IMG/VR virus record: IMGVR_UViG_3300027741_000001
DNA length: 64,000 nucleotides
Origin: a virus
Strand: one strand, 5' to 3'
Below are positions 61,380-64,000 of this stretch, piece after piece; the stretch's first letter is position 1, and every line of letters starts with the position of its first letter. A program made the position numbers and the translations under genes. The notes beneath the pieces were generated by a model, which was given only the letters and a program-made list of their open reading frames with translations, was not told the origin of the DNA and made no database searches.

Positions 61380-64000
61380 CTAAGTAACAGCAGTATAATC
61401 TGTTCTACCATCATCATCTGCTAACGTCACATAACCAGCTGTAGTCATTGAACCAGTTGTACCAGCTGCATAGGTAAAACTGAATGCCCCACCCGAAGTT
61501 GGTCCATCAAAATAAGTTCCTAAAGTATCTACAGGTTCAATCAATACAGCATCAATATTCATTATTCCTCCACCAGTACCCTTAGATATCCAAAGTCTTA
61601 TTTTATTAGTACCAGCTGGTGCAGTTGCAGCTCCAGTATTTACTCTTGTCCAAGTAGCAGCAGGCATTACAAAAGTCTTTTGAACTGAGCCATTCAAAAG
61701 AGTATTTCCATTGTAGAAATCTATGTTAATAGTGACACCACATGCTGAACCTGTATAGACATAAGCACTAGAAGTATATACTCCACCAGAATAATATTTA
61801 CTTGAACTAGATTCAGTATAGTATGCTGTAAAGACAGTCCCATCTGTACCTACAGTAAGGCTAGCTGGGGTCTGATAAAAACGAGTAGTGTCACGACCAG
61901 TAGAACCAGTTCCAGTCCAGTAAGTTGCGTTAGTTGTAAAATTAGGATTTTCGCAGCGGTTGTATCGAATTGTTGAACTTGTAGATACAGTATAAGTTCC
62001 ATTATAGCCAGTAGGTACTACACCAGCGATAGTGACTTTATCACTAGTAGTAAATCCATGAGCAAGGGCAGTAGTAATTGTAACTAAAGAACCACTACCG
62101 CTTGTAGCAGTAATATCAATAGCTGATTTACTAGTTCTCTCCCCCTGAGTCGCTGTCCAGTAAGTAGTCGGAGCCTGACTAGTGACCATACTTGAACCAG
62201 TCCAACTTCTAATAATGGCTGTAAAACCTTGATAGTTCGGATATTCTTTTAAAGTAATTGAATGAATATAAGAAGTAGAGCTAGATATTGGAGTAAATGT
62301 TATATTTGGCACAACGCCTTTTGGAAAAGGAACATCAAAAGTTACAGTTGCTTCTCCGTCTGTACCGGTAGCCCAATCACTAGAAGCAATTCTTCCTGTT
62401 TTTACTTCAAATGGATTTGCATCATACCAACCAGGAGCATTTGCACCCGGAGCAGCATAACCACTCTTCAAAAGCTGCCCAGGCTGAGATGAAGCATTAG
62501 TATATGTAAGCCCTCTAGTAGCATTTGTATATGGAATTCTATATGTACCAGAAGTTGGAACAATTGCATTAGCAAGACCACCAGCTAAAGCAAATGTAAG
62601 GGAAGTAGTCCCCATTGTAACATCACCATTTACAATATTTGTAAAGGTTTTATCGGAGTAAGTGCTGCCATATTGAACATATATTCCATATCTTACAAAG
62701 TTTTCTGAAGCTAAATCAGAATCAAATGCTCTGGTAAATATGAACGGAGTAGTAGTGCCAACCGCGCCTATACCAGTCACTACATAAATACCGTTTTGTA
62801 GAGCAGCAGTTTGATTTTTAATAAGAACACGATCATTTATAGCAAGACTTTGACCATCAATAGTAGTTTCAGTCCAGTTAACAGATGGAGTTATTGTAAG
62901 AGTCGACCTAATAGTGCTTATAGTCCATGTAGTATAAGTACCACTTCCAGAAGAAGCAGTTATAGTAACAGTCATACTTGATTGACTTATTAAAGTAATA
63001 GTTCCATCCATATAAGTGCTTGGAGTATCTGTAACGCTAATACGCACACTTTGACCAATAGACAGGGCATGAGGTGAGCTAGCTAAAGTTAGAGCAAAAA
63101 CAAGACTTCCACTAGAAGCAATAGTTTGATATGTTGATGATGTTATTCCAAAATATCCGGTACCATCAGTACTTGTAGTTCCTAAAGCATTAGAGTAGGT
63201 AGCAGTTATTGTCCCACCAAGAAGATTACCGAGAGAGTTACTATCTGAAGCACCTAGTGCTGCAGTAGTTGCACACTTTACTTGTTCTCTCCAAATTAAA
63301 TTAATAATTTGACTATCTAAATATGCTCTATTTACTAAACTAGTATCATATTTTACGCTTCCAACATCAGAACCGGTGACAGTCGGAATATCTCCTGTAA
63401 ATACTGCGTTATTTATACCTCCACTAAATACATGCGTTGCTGCAGTATAAGTTAGTGTCCCCTGACCAGTAGTCCCCGTACCACCGGAAGCCTGAATACG
63501 AGAGTCGTAGTCAGTTGTTGTTGCTCCCGAGTGAAAATCAATAAATGGTGTTGTTAATACTCCTAACTTACCAAGCTCTATCGAGCCGTTTGCATCTCCA
63601 CCAAATAAAGCAACGCGAACAGCACCAGTTTGCACTTCAAATTGCCCATTTACCGTCAGTCCTGTACTAGTTGCAGTTCCTGTAAATGCAGGATCAGTAA
63701 ACATAGTTGCTTTAGATTCATTAGTTACGTTACCAAGGCCAACCATTGTAGCTGTAATACCAGTTACATTTCCTGTAAATGCATGTGTTGCTGCATTGTA
63801 AGTTAATGTTCCTTGCCCTAATGTTCCATTACCTCCAGATGCAATAATGCGAGAGTCATAGTCAACTGCTGTAGCTCCCGAGTGAAAATCAATAAATGGT
63901 GTTGTTAATACTCCTAACTTACCAAGCTCTATCGAGCCGTTTGCATCTCCACCAAATAAAGCAACGCGAACAGCACCAGTTTGCACTTCAAATTGCCCAT
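61380..64000 (-). CDS. tail fibre protein (start lies outside the window)
   Basis: open to window edge; FIDFHSG...DYDSRI repeats, DRVLIKNQT...NGIY, H-type-lectin/CBM-like C-terminal modules. Confidence 0.85.
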   Translation of the reverse strand, partial: GQFEVQTGAVRVALFGGDANGSIELGKLGVLTTPFIDFHSGATAVDYDSRIIASGGNGTLGQGTLTYNAATHAFTGNVTGITATMVGLGNVTNESKATMFTDPAFTGTATSTGLTVNGQFEVQTGAVRVALFGGDANGSIELGKLGVLTTPFIDFHSGATTTDYDSRIQASGGTGTTGQGTLTYTAATHVFSGGINNAVFTGDIPTVTGSDVGSVKYDTSLVNRAYLDSQIINLIWREQVKCATTAALGASDSNSLGNLLGGTITATYSNALGTTSTDGTGYFGITSSTYQTIASSGSLVFALTLASSPHALSIGQSVRISVTDTPSTYMDGTITLISQSSMTVTITASSGSGTYTTWTISTIRSTLTITPSVNWTETTIDGQSLAINDRVLIKNQTAALQNGIYVVTGIGAVGTTTPFIFTRAFDSDLASENFVRYGIYVQYGSTYSDKTFTNIVNGDVTMGTTSLTFALAGGLANAIVPTSGTYRIPYTNATRGLTYTNASSQPGQLLKSGYAAPGANAPGWYDANPFEVKTGRIASSDWATGTDGEATVTFDVPFPKGVVPNITFTPISSSTSYIHSITLKEYPNYQGFTAIIRSWTGSSMVTSQAPTTYWTATQGERTSKSAIDITATSGSGSLVTITTALAHGFTTSDKVTIAGVVPTGYNGTYTVSTSSTIRYNRCENPNFTTNATYWTGTGSTGRDTTRFYQTPASLTVGTDGTVFTAYYTESSSSKYYSGGVYTSSAYVYTGSACGVTINIDFYNGNTLLNGSVQKTFVMPAATWTRVNTGAATAPAGTNKIRLWISKGTGGGIMNIDAVLIEPVDTLGTYFDGPTSGGAFSFTYAAGTTGSMTTAGYVTLADDDGRTDYTAVT
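63523..64000. repeat. perfect direct repeat of at least 127 bp, period 351
   Basis: 63523-63649 identical to 63874-64000. Confidence 0.9.

Noticed and set aside
63523-64000. Diversity-generating retroelement TR/VR pair
   Set aside because: Both copies are in frame within one gene, the core is identical without adenine-specific mismatches, and no reverse transcriptase is in the window.
59778-64000. Invertase-driven tail-fibre shufflon
   Set aside because: No inverted crossover repeats or reversed alternative fibre ends seen.
1-64000. Stop-codon reassignment
   Set aside because: Conserved genes are full length in code 11 and end in TAA, TAG and TGA; no suppressor tRNA seen.

Overview
A 64-kb stretch of a large, low-GC (roughly 38-40% by eye) tailed phage genome. 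The host is probably actinobacterial, possibly a freshwater Microbacteriaceae-like lineage: the window encodes two WhiB proteins, a ClgR-like regulator, DUF3039, an MSMEG_6728-type glycosylase and a tmRNA with the tag AERTSAFALAA. Layout: (1) 1-8.9 kb, a leftward early/host-takeover block with strong sigma70-type promoters, MoxR+VWA and small acidic proteins, almost stripped of 4-bp palindromes. (2) 8.9-15.3 kb, a CHAP-like protein, a candidate terminase small subunit, HTH/Zn proteins and an AT-rich strand-switch region. (3) A PA14 coiled-coil protein with an M23 lysis module. (4) Glycan genes and an array of small paralogous genes. (5) An RNA-gene cluster: atypical tRNA-fMet, tmRNA, a tRNA-like element and unassigned structured RNAs. 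(6) WhiB and class II RNR. (7) Collagen-like and Gly-rich fibre genes. (8) Replication/recombination genes (PolA, RuvC, SNF2, Cas4-like nuclease, AAA, SSB, primase-helicase), a resolvase, dNMP kinase and a truncated tail fibre. The strongest unexplained signal is an asymmetric 13-mer, AACTTCYAACGAA. It occurs in all three reading frames and in intergenic DNA, in two oppositely oriented clusters (8.9-11.9 kb and 15.9-17.7 kb). These clusters flank a tandem 50-bp inverted-repeat element that recurs at the helicase-operon promoter. All counts are by eye and no database searches were run.
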